Below, in pieces: positions 19,731-29,735 of a DNA stretch of 64,000 nucleotides. The translations under genes were made by a program, and so were the position numbers. Source of the DNA: Ferruginibacter sp. Lineage in GTDB: Bacteria > Bacteroidota > Bacteroidia > Chitinophagales > Chitinophagaceae. Within the stretch, counting starts at the first letter, position 1; every line of letters starts with the position of its first letter. Location: assembly GCA_039919015.1 (NCBI GenBank), contig JBDSGK010000017.1, forward strand, positions 17,380 to 81,379, read 5' to 3'. A model generated the notes under the pieces. The model saw only the letters and a program-made list of their open reading frames with translations, searched no databases and had not been told where the DNA came from.

Positions 19731-22151
19731 TTATTTCTTAAGCTCCTTCTTCAATAACTCCAGCTTAGTATTCTTTTTCATTTTCTTACTGAAGACATAA
19801 CTCAATGCGATCCGGTAGTTACGGGTATTGGTTGTACTAAAACTTTCGAGGCTGAAATTAGAGCCATACGTAAAATTCTTATTCTGCTGCTGGCGAAAAG
19901 GATCGATCACATTGAGCGTAACCACAAATTTTTTGGAAAAGAATTTCCGCTGCACACCGACATTCATGCTTAGTGTATTTCTTACCGTTCCCTGCGGATT
20001 TGCAAAACGGTTAAAAGTAAAACTGGCATTGCCATTCACCAGGTCAGAGAATTGGTAGCTGCCATTCAATGTTGAATAGAATGAACCCCCGTTACGGAAA
20101 TACCTCACCGTTCGGTCGTACTGGCTGTACACATTGTACGTATATCCAAAACTCAGGTTGGCTTTTGCTTTTTTACTCAGTGTATAACCACCCCAGGCAC
20201 TGGCCTCGTACTCTTTACGCCCGCTGATATTTTGCCAGGTGGTAAAGGTTTTTCCGTCGGGTTGTAAAGTTCTTATTGAACTGTAAATATCCTGCAGGGC
20301 ATTATATCCAACTGAGGCGTTCACATTGAATTGCTTATTCCATTTGCCGAAAATGAGATCAAAATTATCGGCAAAATAAGGCTGCAAATAGGGATTGCCC
20401 GAACGGGTATTGTAAGGATCAGCATAATCTGTGCTTGGGTTTAGCTCATTCAACCGGGGCCTTTGTATGGTTCTTTTATAACTCAGCGTAACACTCACAT
20501 CATTCTTCCATTTTTTCATCAGGGTAAAAAATGGCAAAGCAGACCAGTAATTATTTGCATAGTGGTTACTGCTGTTTACAATATCGAAATTGGTTTGTGT
20601 GTGTTCAGTTTGTACACCCGCGTTGATATAAAAATCAGGTACAATGTCATAACGAAGCCCAGCCCGTAATCCAACTATGGTTTGATGAAAAATAAAATCA
20701 TTGCTCAACAGGTCATTCTTCACAAAGACATTTTCCGGTTTTTTCATGAACTCCGTATTCAGCACATTGTGGGTATTGTACCGGTTATATTGTGTTCCTA
20801 AGTTCAGTGATATTTTTTTCTTTACAGGTTTATCATAATTGATCCTGAAACTGATGTTGTGATTTTTGCTGGAGGTATTCTGTTGCTGGGTAGAATCGAT
20901 ACCGGTTAAGGAGTTATCAGGGTTAAGGTATTCCTGGAAAAAATTCCGCCCATTATTGCCTGCATTAAAATTGAAGCCGGAAATAAATTTCAAAACTTCC
21001 TTTGGGTCCTTTCCTTTAAAGGTATAAGTAAAGTTGAAATTCGGATTCCAGCTTTCATTGTCTGTGCCGGTGATCCGGTTGCTCAGTTTATAAACCTGCT
21101 GGTTCCTGTCGAGGTTAGTATATGTTGTTGCATTTTCACTGGCGCTGTTATTACTGTTGTATTGCGCTGTAAAATTGATACTGTGTTTTTTGTTCAGCTC
21201 ATAATCCAAACTTAACCTGGTATTGGGTCTGCGGTTATTATTACTGTTTGCTCCAACCGTATTGAAATAGTTAACAGAATCAACATACCTATTTTGCCGG
21301 TTGCTGTAACTGTTGCTTTCATATTGGTTGTACCCAAAGCCGGCAGAAAAATTAAGCACGAATTTATTTTTACGGTAGGTCATATTCCCGCTGATGCCTG
21401 CTTCTCCCCTTGTACCATAGTTTACATTGATCCTTCCATTAAACCCAACCTTGCCTTTTTTTGTTACGATATTGATCACGCCTCCTCTTTCATTGGCATA
21501 TTGTGGCGGCGGTGTGGTCATCACTTCTATCCTTTCGATCATACTGCCCGGCATACTCTCCAGCAGGTCCTGCAATTGTTTCGAATCCAGCTCAACAGGT
21601 TTATCATCGATCAGGATCTTCACTTCTTTTCCACGCAATAACAATTTTCCGTCATTATCTACATTCACCAATGGCGTTTGTTTTAATAATTCCGTGGTTG
21701 TTGCCCCCGAACTTAAAGCCGACTCCCCTGTATTAAAAATGATCTTGCCATCCTTATTTTCGATCAGGGGCTTCTCGGCATAGATCACTACTTCGGTCAG
21801 CAGGGCCGAATTTTTATTAAGGCGGATATCATTCAGGTCAAAATCAAATCTTTCCTGCCTGAGATGAATACTGTCGATCACCATGTTGTTATAACCCGTC
21901 ATACTGATCTGTAATCGGTAATAGCCAAAAGGAAGTTTATCAAAGATGAATTCTCCATTATTAAGGCTGGATTCAGTTCTTGTGTACAAACTGTCTGAAA
22001 GGCTGGATAAAGAGATAGTTGCACCCGAAACCGCTTTGCTGTTATCTGCATCAATGATGGTACCTATCACCAACCCTGGAAAAGGATTTGTGTTTTGTGC
22101 AGAAACAGAGGCTGAAAAAAACAATAAAAGGTAAAAGAATGTATATCTCAA
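19731..22151 (-). CDS. TonB-dependent receptor-like outer membrane beta-barrel protein with CarboxypepD_reg-like N-domain
   Basis: Signal peptide; LTEVVIYAEKPLIENKDGK, plug LLKQTPLVNVD, IERIEVMTTPP and GGVINIVTKK; GNPYLQP; C-terminal ALSYVF. Confidence 0.85.
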   Translation of the reverse strand: MRYTFFYLLLFFSASVSAQNTNPFPGLVIGTIIDADNSKAVSGATISLSSLSDSLYTRTESSLNNGEFIFDKLPFGYYRLQISMTGYNNMVIDSIHLRQERFDFDLNDIRLNKNSALLTEVVIYAEKPLIENKDGKIIFNTGESALSSGATTTELLKQTPLVNVDNDGKLLLRGKEVKILIDDKPVELDSKQLQDLLESMPGSMIERIEVMTTPPPQYANERGGVINIVTKKGKVGFNGRINVNYGTRGEAGISGNMTYRKNKFVLNFSAGFGYNQYESNSYSNRQNRYVDSVNYFNTVGANSNNNRRPNTRLSLDYELNKKHSINFTAQYNSNNSASENATTYTNLDRNQQVYKLSNRITGTDNESWNPNFNFTYTFKGKDPKEVLKFISGFNFNAGNNGRNFFQEYLNPDNSLTGIDSTQQQNTSSKNHNISFRINYDKPVKKKISLNLGTQYNRYNTHNVLNTEFMKKPENVFVKNDLLSNDFIFHQTIVGLRAGLRYDIVPDFYINAGVQTEHTQTNFDIVNSSNHYANNYWSALPFFTLMKKWKNDVSVTLSYKRTIQRPRLNELNPSTDYADPYNTRSGNPYLQPYFADNFDLIFGKWNKQFNVNASVGYNALQDIYSSIRTLQPDGKTFTTWQNISGRKEYEASAWGGYTLSKKAKANLSFGYTYNVYSQYDRTVRYFRNGGSFYSTLNGSYQFSDLVNGNASFTFNRFANPQGTVRNTLSMNVGVQRKFFSKKFVVTLNVIDPFRQQQNKNFTYGSNFSLESFSTTNTRNYRIALSYVFSKKMKKNTKLELLKKELKK

Positions 22152-22292
22152 GTAAGGTTGAATTAATAAAAAGCAAAATTAATAAATACTGCTATGCTAA
22201 ATTATTATTTTATATAATTACCACATTGTAATTTTCTTTAACAACTGGCATGGTTTTTACAAGCTGTGGTTAATAATATGCTCACATTCTAC

Positions 22293-24845
22293 ATGCTACG
22301 ATATAGACTGCCCCTAATAGCTTTTGTATTGCTATGCTCCTTTGGGCAAATTAATACCCTTACAGCCCAAACAAACAAACCTGGGCCAACAATAATAGTG
22401 GTTGCAGGTAAACAATATTATACCGGTAATTTCCACCAGAAACTTTGGGGAAAGCATTACAGGAAAGAATGGAACACGCCTGTAAGTTTTAGCGTAGTGA
22501 TGCTGGATACCCTGGCAGGAGGTTTAACACCCTATGAAGCCGGTGGAGGAAGACAAAGTAAATCACTGCGTTTAAAAGATGTTAATGGAAAAGAATATGT
22601 ACTTCGCAGCATTGACAAAACTTTTGGAAGGGCGCTACCTGAAATAGTACAGGGAAGCTTCATTGAAAAGATAGCAGATGACCAGGTTTCCATTGGCCAT
22701 CCATATTCGGCGGTCACCATCGCTCCTATGGCCGAAGCGGCTAAAATACTACATACAGAACCGGTGATCATCTATATCCCCAAGCAGGCCAGGCTGGGTG
22801 AGTTCAATGAGAAATATGGAGATGATCTTTACCTTTTTGAGCAAAGGCCTGACGGTAACTGGGAGAATGCTGCTAACATGGGCAATTCCACCAACATTAT
22901 CAGTACAGAAAAATTAATGGAGAAATTAGACAAGGATAATGATAACCAGGTTGACCAAAAATTATATGTCCGTTCCCGAATTTTTGATATTTTCATTGGC
23001 GACTGGGGACGCCATGAAGACCAATGGAGATGGGCTTCTCATAAAGACGATGACAAAACAATATTTAAACCTATTCCCCGTGACCGTGATCAAAGCTATA
23101 CAAAATTTGATGGCTTCTTGCTGGGGTTGGTAAAGCCTGGGCGTTTTCAAAGTTTTGGAACAGACATTAAAAATATCAATACATTTAATTTTCCTGCCCG
23201 CCACCTCGACCGCAGGATGGCCAATGAAGTAACGATGGAACAATGGGTATCACAGGCAAAGGAATTACAGCAATTGTTGACTGATGCAGTCATTGAATCA
23301 TCCGTAAAACAATTGCCTGCAGAAACATTTTCCATTTCAGGAAATGAGATCATCAGTAAATTAAGATCAAGAAGAGATCACCTGCAGGAATATGCCCGTA
23401 CTTATTATCTTTTCCTGGCAAAGGAAGTGGATATTACCGGCTCCATGGATAATGAAATGTTTGAGGTAAAAAGATCGAATGACGGATCAACAGCAGTTAA
23501 TATTTTTAAGATAACGAATGAAGGAAAAATAAAAAATAAGCCTTTTTATTCAAGAACATTTTATAGTAATGAGACGAGTGAAATAAGGTTGTATGGTTTG
23601 GGCGCCGCAGATAAATACGATGTTTCGGGTGCTGCTGATAAAGCCATTACCGTAAGGTTGATCGGTGGACCTGATAAGGATGAATACAAAGATGCATCAA
23701 CCGGATCATCGGGTAAGATCCATATTTACGATAACCCCGGCAATAACATTGTTGCGGGAAGAAAAACAAAACAGCATATTGAAAACGGCACCGCCATCAA
23801 CGCATATAAATACGATAATTTCATTTATAATAAAAAAGGGATCAAACCGGTTCTTTTCTACAGCAATGAAGATCATATTTTTGCAGGCCTTCAGTATGGC
23901 ATTAAAACTTATGGCTGGAGAAAAAATCCTTTTGCAACTGAGCAAAAGTTAAATGCAAAATATTCTTTTACAGAAAAAGGGCTCAGCGCTACATATGAAG
24001 GCAAATTTGTGGGAGCTGTAAAAAAATGGGACCTTGACCTATACGCCAACTACGACCAGGTAAGATGGTACAATTATTATGGGCTCGGTAATGAAACTGA
24101 AAATCTGAAACTCGAGCGTGAAAAGAACAGGCTACGAACCAAAGAAATAATGGGCATGATGGGATTGAGCAGGAACATCGGCAGGCACCATAAGATTAGC
24201 TTTGCCGGTTTTTACCAAACGGTACAAATAAAAAATGATACTGTTTTTGTTAAGGGGCTGCTGCCGGCATCTACTGAATTGTACAGCAACCAGCAGTTTG
24301 CCGGTGCAGAATTTGAATACAGTTTTATTTCAGTTAATGATTCTTTATTGCCCACCAAAGGTTTTGGTTTTGCTACCAACATCAGCTATACCGATAATTT
24401 AAAGAACAACAATAATTTCATCCGCTATTCCGGATCGGCACAGGTATTGGTTCCATTCACTAAAACATTGGGAATCGTAATGAGGGCAGGTGCTGCTACC
24501 CTATCCGGCAGTCCTGAGTTTTACCAATATAATACTATCGGTGGCGGAAAAACATTGCGTGGCTATCGCCGTACAAGATTCTTTGGTAAGACCTCGGCCT
24601 ATAGTCAGAATGAACTTCGGTGGATAAAGAACGTAAGGTCATACCTCTATAATGGCAAATTCGGGCTGTTGGCCACGTATGACATTGGCCGTGTGTGGAT
24701 GCCCGGTGAAAAATCCAATAGCTGGCACAGCGGTGTTGGCGGAGGTATCATACTGGTGCCATACAACGCTATCTCTGTATCTGCAGGCTATGCGGTATCA
24801 AAAGAAGGAGGAAATATATTTTTCCGCATGCTGAAGGTCCTCTGA
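22293..24845 (+). CDS. Omp85/BamA-TamA-type beta-barrel protein with N-terminal kinase-like domain
   Basis: C-terminal barrel with LRGYRRTRFFG and YDIGRVW, and a near-terminal Phe. N-domain has GGGRQSKSLRL, YVLRSIDK, IGDWGRHEDQW and PIPRDRDQ. ATG 22293 gives a signal peptide (ORF track starts at 22266). Confidence 0.75.
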   Translation: MLRYRLPLIAFVLLCSFGQINTLTAQTNKPGPTIIVVAGKQYYTGNFHQKLWGKHYRKEWNTPVSFSVVMLDTLAGGLTPYEAGGGRQSKSLRLKDVNGKEYVLRSIDKTFGRALPEIVQGSFIEKIADDQVSIGHPYSAVTIAPMAEAAKILHTEPVIIYIPKQARLGEFNEKYGDDLYLFEQRPDGNWENAANMGNSTNIISTEKLMEKLDKDNDNQVDQKLYVRSRIFDIFIGDWGRHEDQWRWASHKDDDKTIFKPIPRDRDQSYTKFDGFLLGLVKPGRFQSFGTDIKNINTFNFPARHLDRRMANEVTMEQWVSQAKELQQLLTDAVIESSVKQLPAETFSISGNEIISKLRSRRDHLQEYARTYYLFLAKEVDITGSMDNEMFEVKRSNDGSTAVNIFKITNEGKIKNKPFYSRTFYSNETSEIRLYGLGAADKYDVSGAADKAITVRLIGGPDKDEYKDASTGSSGKIHIYDNPGNNIVAGRKTKQHIENGTAINAYKYDNFIYNKKGIKPVLFYSNEDHIFAGLQYGIKTYGWRKNPFATEQKLNAKYSFTEKGLSATYEGKFVGAVKKWDLDLYANYDQVRWYNYYGLGNETENLKLEREKNRLRTKEIMGMMGLSRNIGRHHKISFAGFYQTVQIKNDTVFVKGLLPASTELYSNQQFAGAEFEYSFISVNDSLLPTKGFGFATNISYTDNLKNNNNFIRYSGSAQVLVPFTKTLGIVMRAGAATLSGSPEFYQYNTIGGGKTLRGYRRTRFFGKTSAYSQNELRWIKNVRSYLYNGKFGLLATYDIGRVWMPGEKSNSWHSGVGGGIILVPYNAISVSAGYAVSKEGGNIFFRMLKVL

Positions 24846-24951
24846 TCCAACATATTACTTGTTAATCCCACAAACATGCTAATACCACTTAAATAATATC
24901 TTTTTTGCTATTGAAGCAACTGTTTTATTTTTATGCCTTAAAATTCTGTAC

Positions 24952-27027
24952 ATGAAAAAAAACTTTTCTTCTCTTGCATTTTTGAGCATTATTTTATGTA
25001 GCCCGGTCTTATTATCTGCCCAATCAGAAAATTCGTTAACTGCCGGCACCTCAGATACTAAAAAATCAACTACTAAAAAATTCATTGATCCTGCCAATAT
25101 GGATCTTTCTGTAAATCCCGGTGATAATTTTTACCTGTATGCCAATGGCAACTGGTTAAAAAAAACACCCATACCCGGCTCTAAAACCCGTTGGGGAAGC
25201 GGTGATGTATTGGCAGAAGAAAGCTCCAAAGCCCTTAAAACTTTACTTGAAGAAGCGGCAAAATCACCCGGCAGCAATAGTTTAATGAAACGTGTTGGTG
25301 ATTATTATACCAGCGGCATGGATAGCACAGCCATTGAAAGATTAGGGTATAAACCCATTAAGCCTTACCTGGATGCTATAACGGCACTCAGCAGCAAGGC
25401 AGAAGTTTTAAAACAAATGAACTACCTGCGTTCACAGTCAATAAGTTCGCCCTTATACCGTATTGGTGTTGGGCAGGATTCAAAAGACGTAACAAAATAT
25501 ATTATCAGCATCAGCCAGGGTGGCACCACTTTACCCGACCGGGATTATTATTTAAAAGATGATGCCCGCAGCCAGAAAATAAGAACAGATTACATCCAGT
25601 ATATGGTTACATTATTCACCCTTTGCGGGGAAGACATGGTAAGATCTATGGCCAATGCTGTGACCATTATGCAATTGGAAACCTCACTGGCACAGGCACA
25701 ATTGAGCCGTGTTGACATGCGTGAGCCTGAAAAATTATATAATAAGTTTTCGGTTAACGGTTTAAGCGCTAAAACACCAAACCTTAACTGGCAAAGCATT
25801 TTAACACAGTTAGGTTATAAAACAAAACCGGACAGTTTAATTGTTACCAATCCGAGGTTCATGCTGTACATAGATTCCATGTTAAGCAAAGTTCCTTTGG
25901 ATGACTGGAAAGTTTATTTAAAGTGGGGCGTAATGAAAGATGCAGCTCCTTATCTCAGCAGTGAATTTGTAAATGCAAATTTTAAATACAATCAATCCCT
26001 TACCGGTCAAAAAGAACCAACACCCCGTTGGCAACGTATGAGTGGTTTGGTTGACCGGCAGTTGGGTGAGTTGTTGGGACAGTTATATGTAGATAAATAT
26101 TTTGACCAGGCCTCCAAAGCCAGCATGCTGGTACTGGTAAATAACCTCCAAACCACTTTTGAGAGTCGCATCAATAAATTAGACTGGATGAGTGCTGAGA
26201 CCAAAAGAAGCGGATTAATTAAACTGCATGCTTTTACCAAAAAGATCGCTTTTCCTGATACCTGGAAAAATTATGATGGGCTTGAGATTAAAAAAGATGA
26301 TTTCCTGGGAAACATTCGTCGCAGCAATCAATGGCAATACCAGGATAATATTAACAGGCTGGGTAAGCCCATTGATAAAACCGAATGGGCAATGACCCCT
26401 CCTACTGTAAATGCGTATTACAGTCCACAGAAAAATGAAATCGTTTTTCCTGCCGCCATATTGCGTTCTCCTTTCTTTGATTTTGAGGCAGATGATGCCA
26501 TTAATTATGGGGGCATTGGTGCGGTGATAGGCCATGAGATGACCCATGGTTTTGATGACCAGGGCCGCCAATATGATGCAGATGGAAACCTGCAAGACTG
26601 GTGGACCAAATCTGATGCGGATGAATTTAAAAAGCGTGCTGACGAAGTTGTTCAGCAATATAATAGTTACACCGTTTTAGATACGATACACGTTAATGGC
26701 AAACTTACACTGGGAGAAAATCTTGCCGACCTTGGCGGTTTGAGCATTGCGTACGAAGCTTTTAAAAATACCAACCAGGGCAAACGCAATGACATGATAG
26801 ATGGCTTTACACCCGATCAGCGTTTCTTCCTTAACTGGGCGCAGGTATGGCGTAATAATATTTTACCCGATGCTGCTGCACAAAGAATTTTAACCGACAA
26901 TCACTCACCGGGTATGTACCGTGCAAACGGCCCGCTTATTAATATGGATGCTTTTTACAAAGCCTTTGATGTGAAGCCCGGAGATAAAATGTACAAAGCG
27001 CCTGAACTAAGGACCAGGATCTGGTAA
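24952..27027 (+). CDS. M13 family metallopeptidase (neprilysin/PepO-like)
   Basis: VNAYY, HEMTH zinc motif, GENLADLGG and DNHSPGMYRANG; signal peptide. Confidence 0.95.
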   Translation: MKKNFSSLAFLSIILCSPVLLSAQSENSLTAGTSDTKKSTTKKFIDPANMDLSVNPGDNFYLYANGNWLKKTPIPGSKTRWGSGDVLAEESSKALKTLLEEAAKSPGSNSLMKRVGDYYTSGMDSTAIERLGYKPIKPYLDAITALSSKAEVLKQMNYLRSQSISSPLYRIGVGQDSKDVTKYIISISQGGTTLPDRDYYLKDDARSQKIRTDYIQYMVTLFTLCGEDMVRSMANAVTIMQLETSLAQAQLSRVDMREPEKLYNKFSVNGLSAKTPNLNWQSILTQLGYKTKPDSLIVTNPRFMLYIDSMLSKVPLDDWKVYLKWGVMKDAAPYLSSEFVNANFKYNQSLTGQKEPTPRWQRMSGLVDRQLGELLGQLYVDKYFDQASKASMLVLVNNLQTTFESRINKLDWMSAETKRSGLIKLHAFTKKIAFPDTWKNYDGLEIKKDDFLGNIRRSNQWQYQDNINRLGKPIDKTEWAMTPPTVNAYYSPQKNEIVFPAAILRSPFFDFEADDAINYGGIGAVIGHEMTHGFDDQGRQYDADGNLQDWWTKSDADEFKKRADEVVQQYNSYTVLDTIHVNGKLTLGENLADLGGLSIAYEAFKNTNQGKRNDMIDGFTPDQRFFLNWAQVWRNNILPDAAAQRILTDNHSPGMYRANGPLINMDAFYKAFDVKPGDKMYKAPELRTRIW

Positions 27028-27050
27028 GCTTATTTTTATTGAACTTATTG

Positions 27051-27083
27051 ACCGGGATGCTTTGAAAGGCATCCCGGTTTTTT
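27051..27083 (+). terminator. Intrinsic terminator after the M13 peptidase gene
   Basis: ACCGGGATGC-TTTGAAAG-GCATCCCGGT followed by TTTTT. Confidence 0.85.
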
Positions 27084-27168
27084 GTTATATTGTGGTGGAG
27101 GATAAGGAGGTACAGTTTTCCGTTGATGACAACCAGGAAAATGTGCCGGGTATTGCGTAGGTGCAAAT

Positions 27169-27612
27169 GTTAGACGCAAGTCAACCACCCTACATTATTA
27201 TGAAAATGTTAAGAATAATTATACCTTCATTTATACTCATTGGCTGTTATAATAAGCAAAGAAATGTTTATGATGAAAATAATTATACACTTATAAAAGT
27301 TGACACAGACAACAATATTATTTTTAGAAGGACATTTATAAATAAATATGATACATCAATGAAGCTGCAAATTAGCTATTGGGATAATGGAAATATTTTA
27401 GTGAAAGGGTTTTTGCACAGTGGTAAATTGGATGGAAAAATTGAGATGTATCAGATGGATGGGAGTTTAATGGAAATTGATTCATTTAGTAATGGAATAA
27501 AAGTTTATTCAAAAAGTTACGTTGAGAAAGACACTACTACTAAAATATTCAGGAATGGTAAATTAGAACCTTTTACCAGTTTTGACTCTTTGAACTAACA
27601 CCTGCGCCTAAC
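27169..27612 (+). mobile_element. Integron-cassette-like unit 1 (MORN-like lipoprotein)
   Basis: 5' end GTTAGACGCAAGT (27169-27181; GTTRRRY) and 3' end ACCTGCGCCTAAC (27600-27612; RYYYAAC), 11/13 complementary, tightly enclosing one AT-rich ORF. Confidence 0.5.
27200..27598 (+). CDS. Hypothetical lipoprotein with MORN-like (YwqK-type) repeats
   Basis: Lipobox ILIGC; YWDNGNILVKG..LDGKIEMYQMDGSL..F.NG repeat pattern. ATG 27200 preferred. Confidence 0.6.
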   Translation: MKMLRIIIPSFILIGCYNKQRNVYDENNYTLIKVDTDNNIIFRRTFINKYDTSMKLQISYWDNGNILVKGFLHSGKLDGKIEMYQMDGSLMEIDSFSNGIKVYSKSYVEKDTTTKIFRNGKLEPFTSFDSLN

Positions 27613-27741
27613 ATAGGTTCCTATGGATATATAGACCTTAGAGATATTGAAATAAGAGTATAAATTTCTTTTGAAAGCAAGGAGCAAACAAGATTTACAT
27701 GATCGGTTGGCGAGGACAATAACCGGTAAAAAAAACCAATA

Positions 27742-27880
27742 TCGCCTGCGGGCTACGCAAAGAGTGCCGCAGGCTGGTTTTGCAATCACAATAAAATGCC
27801 GTTCCTTTAATAAGCAGCATTGCAGGGCAGACACAGCAACAAATACCCGAGCTGCGGCAAGCCCCGGGCTTCAGCTATAA
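27742..27880 (+). repeat. Degenerate attC-like hairpin
   Basis: Left arm CGCCTGCGG..TGCCGCAG (27765-27772) pairs with CTGCGGCA (27852-27859); ends in GCTATAA (27874-27880), a degenerate core-like site. Confidence 0.45.
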
Positions 27881-27897
27881 TTGTAAAATCTTTTAGT

Positions 27898-28359
27898 ATG
27901 AGATATTGCCTCATTTTGTTTATTACACTTACTCATTATTTAAGTGTTGCGCAATCGACAAAAATAATTGTTCCTACTAAACCTTCCAGTGCACTTGAAA
28001 AAATACTAATTCAGGAAATGTATGATTTCTCAAATGCCTGGGGCCTGAGTGATACAGCAACTCTAAGTAAATTATTGGCTCCTGAGTATAGGCACAGTGA
28101 TGTCTTTGGTGAAATTCAACACAGAAATGAATGGTTAATTTTTGCTGCAAAGAAAAGAGATATAGCTAACCTGGAAATTAATGACATAGAAATTTTAATG
28201 TACTATGATAATATGGCTGTTATTACAGGTAAAATGACCTATTTATTTGGAACGGAAAAGATCAAACAAGACCTACGTTTTACACAAATCTTTGGAATTT
28301 ATAATGGGAAATGGAAAAGGGCTGCGTTCCAGGGAACTTATATTAAAAACGTAAAATGA
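27898..28359 (+). CDS. Nuclear transport factor 2 family / DUF4440 exported protein
   Basis: Signal peptide; LSKLLAPEY, NMAVITG and RFTQIFGIYNGKWK SnoaL/NTF2 pattern. ATG 27898 preferred. Confidence 0.8.
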   Translation: MRYCLILFITLTHYLSVAQSTKIIVPTKPSSALEKILIQEMYDFSNAWGLSDTATLSKLLAPEYRHSDVFGEIQHRNEWLIFAAKKRDIANLEINDIEILMYYDNMAVITGKMTYLFGTEKIKQDLRFTQIFGIYNGKWKRAAFQGTYIKNVK

Positions 28360-28439
28360 AGTTCCAATGACTATAACTAACACGAACTGTTTTATAAACA
28401 AAATTAATTTCGCTGTAAAATAGTTTTGAAATCCCCCCA

Positions 28440-28505
28440 CTGGCAAGTGTTCAGCGCAGCGGGTCACTTGTGCCGACTAATATTCCCGGATTGTATCCGG
28501 GGTTT
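28440..28505. repeat. Two small GC-rich hairpins between convergent genes
   Basis: GGCAAGTG..CACTTGTGCC and CCCGGAT-TGT-ATCCGGG. Confidence 0.4.
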
Positions 28506-28552
28506 AAAAAACGTAAGTATATTTTCGATACAAGAAGTCGTAACAATGAATA

Positions 28553-29587
28553 CTATTTAACCTTACTACAATCGATCGGTTTATCATCTTTAGTCGTGGT
28601 CCAGGCAACGGCAAGTGGAGCATAAGTTCCTCCGCCCGAATAAACCTGTCGAAGCGTTACATAGCCGACATAACATTTACCCCCGCTTTTATAGGCCATC
28701 CATATATGGGGGTTGAAATATTTATACTTGGGAATACCGATATCATCTTTAGCGATTGACCAGTACGCTCCGTTATAGGTTTCTGCAACCCATTTGATGA
28801 TCTGCCTGTCGGGCAGGTCTCTTTTCAGTATGGAAGCTATTTTGGCGCTGGTTGCACCGGGATCTGTCAGTTTACCGGGGTTTGAAAACACCGCTGGCAT
28901 TTTATCATAGCGAAATGCATTCGCCAGGGCGAGGTCGGATCCCACTTCTGCATTCTTTTTGATCCTTGCATAATCATCTTCTTTGAACTTAAAATCGAAT
29001 TCACCTTCAATTTTTGGCCATTTTTCCTCGTCCTGGTAAGAACCATAGGTGTTCTTTGTCTCCATAAAAATTTTAATACTCACATTATAATTTCCATCGG
29101 GTAATTTTTCATAGCCAATTCCGGAAGACAAAGGAAAATGTCCCAGGCCTGCAACAAAATCATCCAGCAGTGAATACACCGTTGTTGCTTTTGGCCCCTC
29201 CGGCAAAAGGTCGAAGTTGAATGCATTGCTGTTCTTGAAATCGTCACTAAGCAGGCTGTAGTATTTGCTATAATGTATCACATAGTCGTCTCCGCCAGCT
29301 TTTTTGATAGAGATACTCATCTGTAGATATTGCAGGCCCTTATTTTCATCGCTGAGCTTGAAAGCTTCTTTGATCGTTCCTGAAGTCAGCTCTAATCTTC
29401 CATAAATATATTCAGAAGAGGTAAAACTTTTTTTACTGTTGGCATTGGAATTTGTAAAGGGCTGGTTGGAAAAATACATGGTACCCTCTACTGCTGTTCC
29501 GGACAGGTTATTCTTTAACTTATCATTTTTTGCAACTCCTACGATGCTGACCAATAAGAAGCCAGTTATAAAAAGGAAATTCTTCAT
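28553..29587 (-). CDS. Hypothetical exported protein
   Basis: 344-aa ORF with Sec signal peptide; no family recognised. Confidence 0.7.
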   Translation of the reverse strand: MKNFLFITGFLLVSIVGVAKNDKLKNNLSGTAVEGTMYFSNQPFTNSNANSKKSFTSSEYIYGRLELTSGTIKEAFKLSDENKGLQYLQMSISIKKAGGDDYVIHYSKYYSLLSDDFKNSNAFNFDLLPEGPKATTVYSLLDDFVAGLGHFPLSSGIGYEKLPDGNYNVSIKIFMETKNTYGSYQDEEKWPKIEGEFDFKFKEDDYARIKKNAEVGSDLALANAFRYDKMPAVFSNPGKLTDPGATSAKIASILKRDLPDRQIIKWVAETYNGAYWSIAKDDIGIPKYKYFNPHIWMAYKSGGKCYVGYVTLRQVYSGGGTYAPLAVAWTTTKDDKPIDCSKVK

Positions 29588-29735
29588 GCCATTAAGTTTT
29601 ATTGTGAATAGTCATTTGAAGATACAGAAATTTTATTTTTTTATAATGATTCGCTGAATATTACTGAAAATAAAATGAAAGATGTTTCCGAAGGTTAGTG
29701 TCCTTGCTGTCATGGCCCACTCTTACAATACAAAG

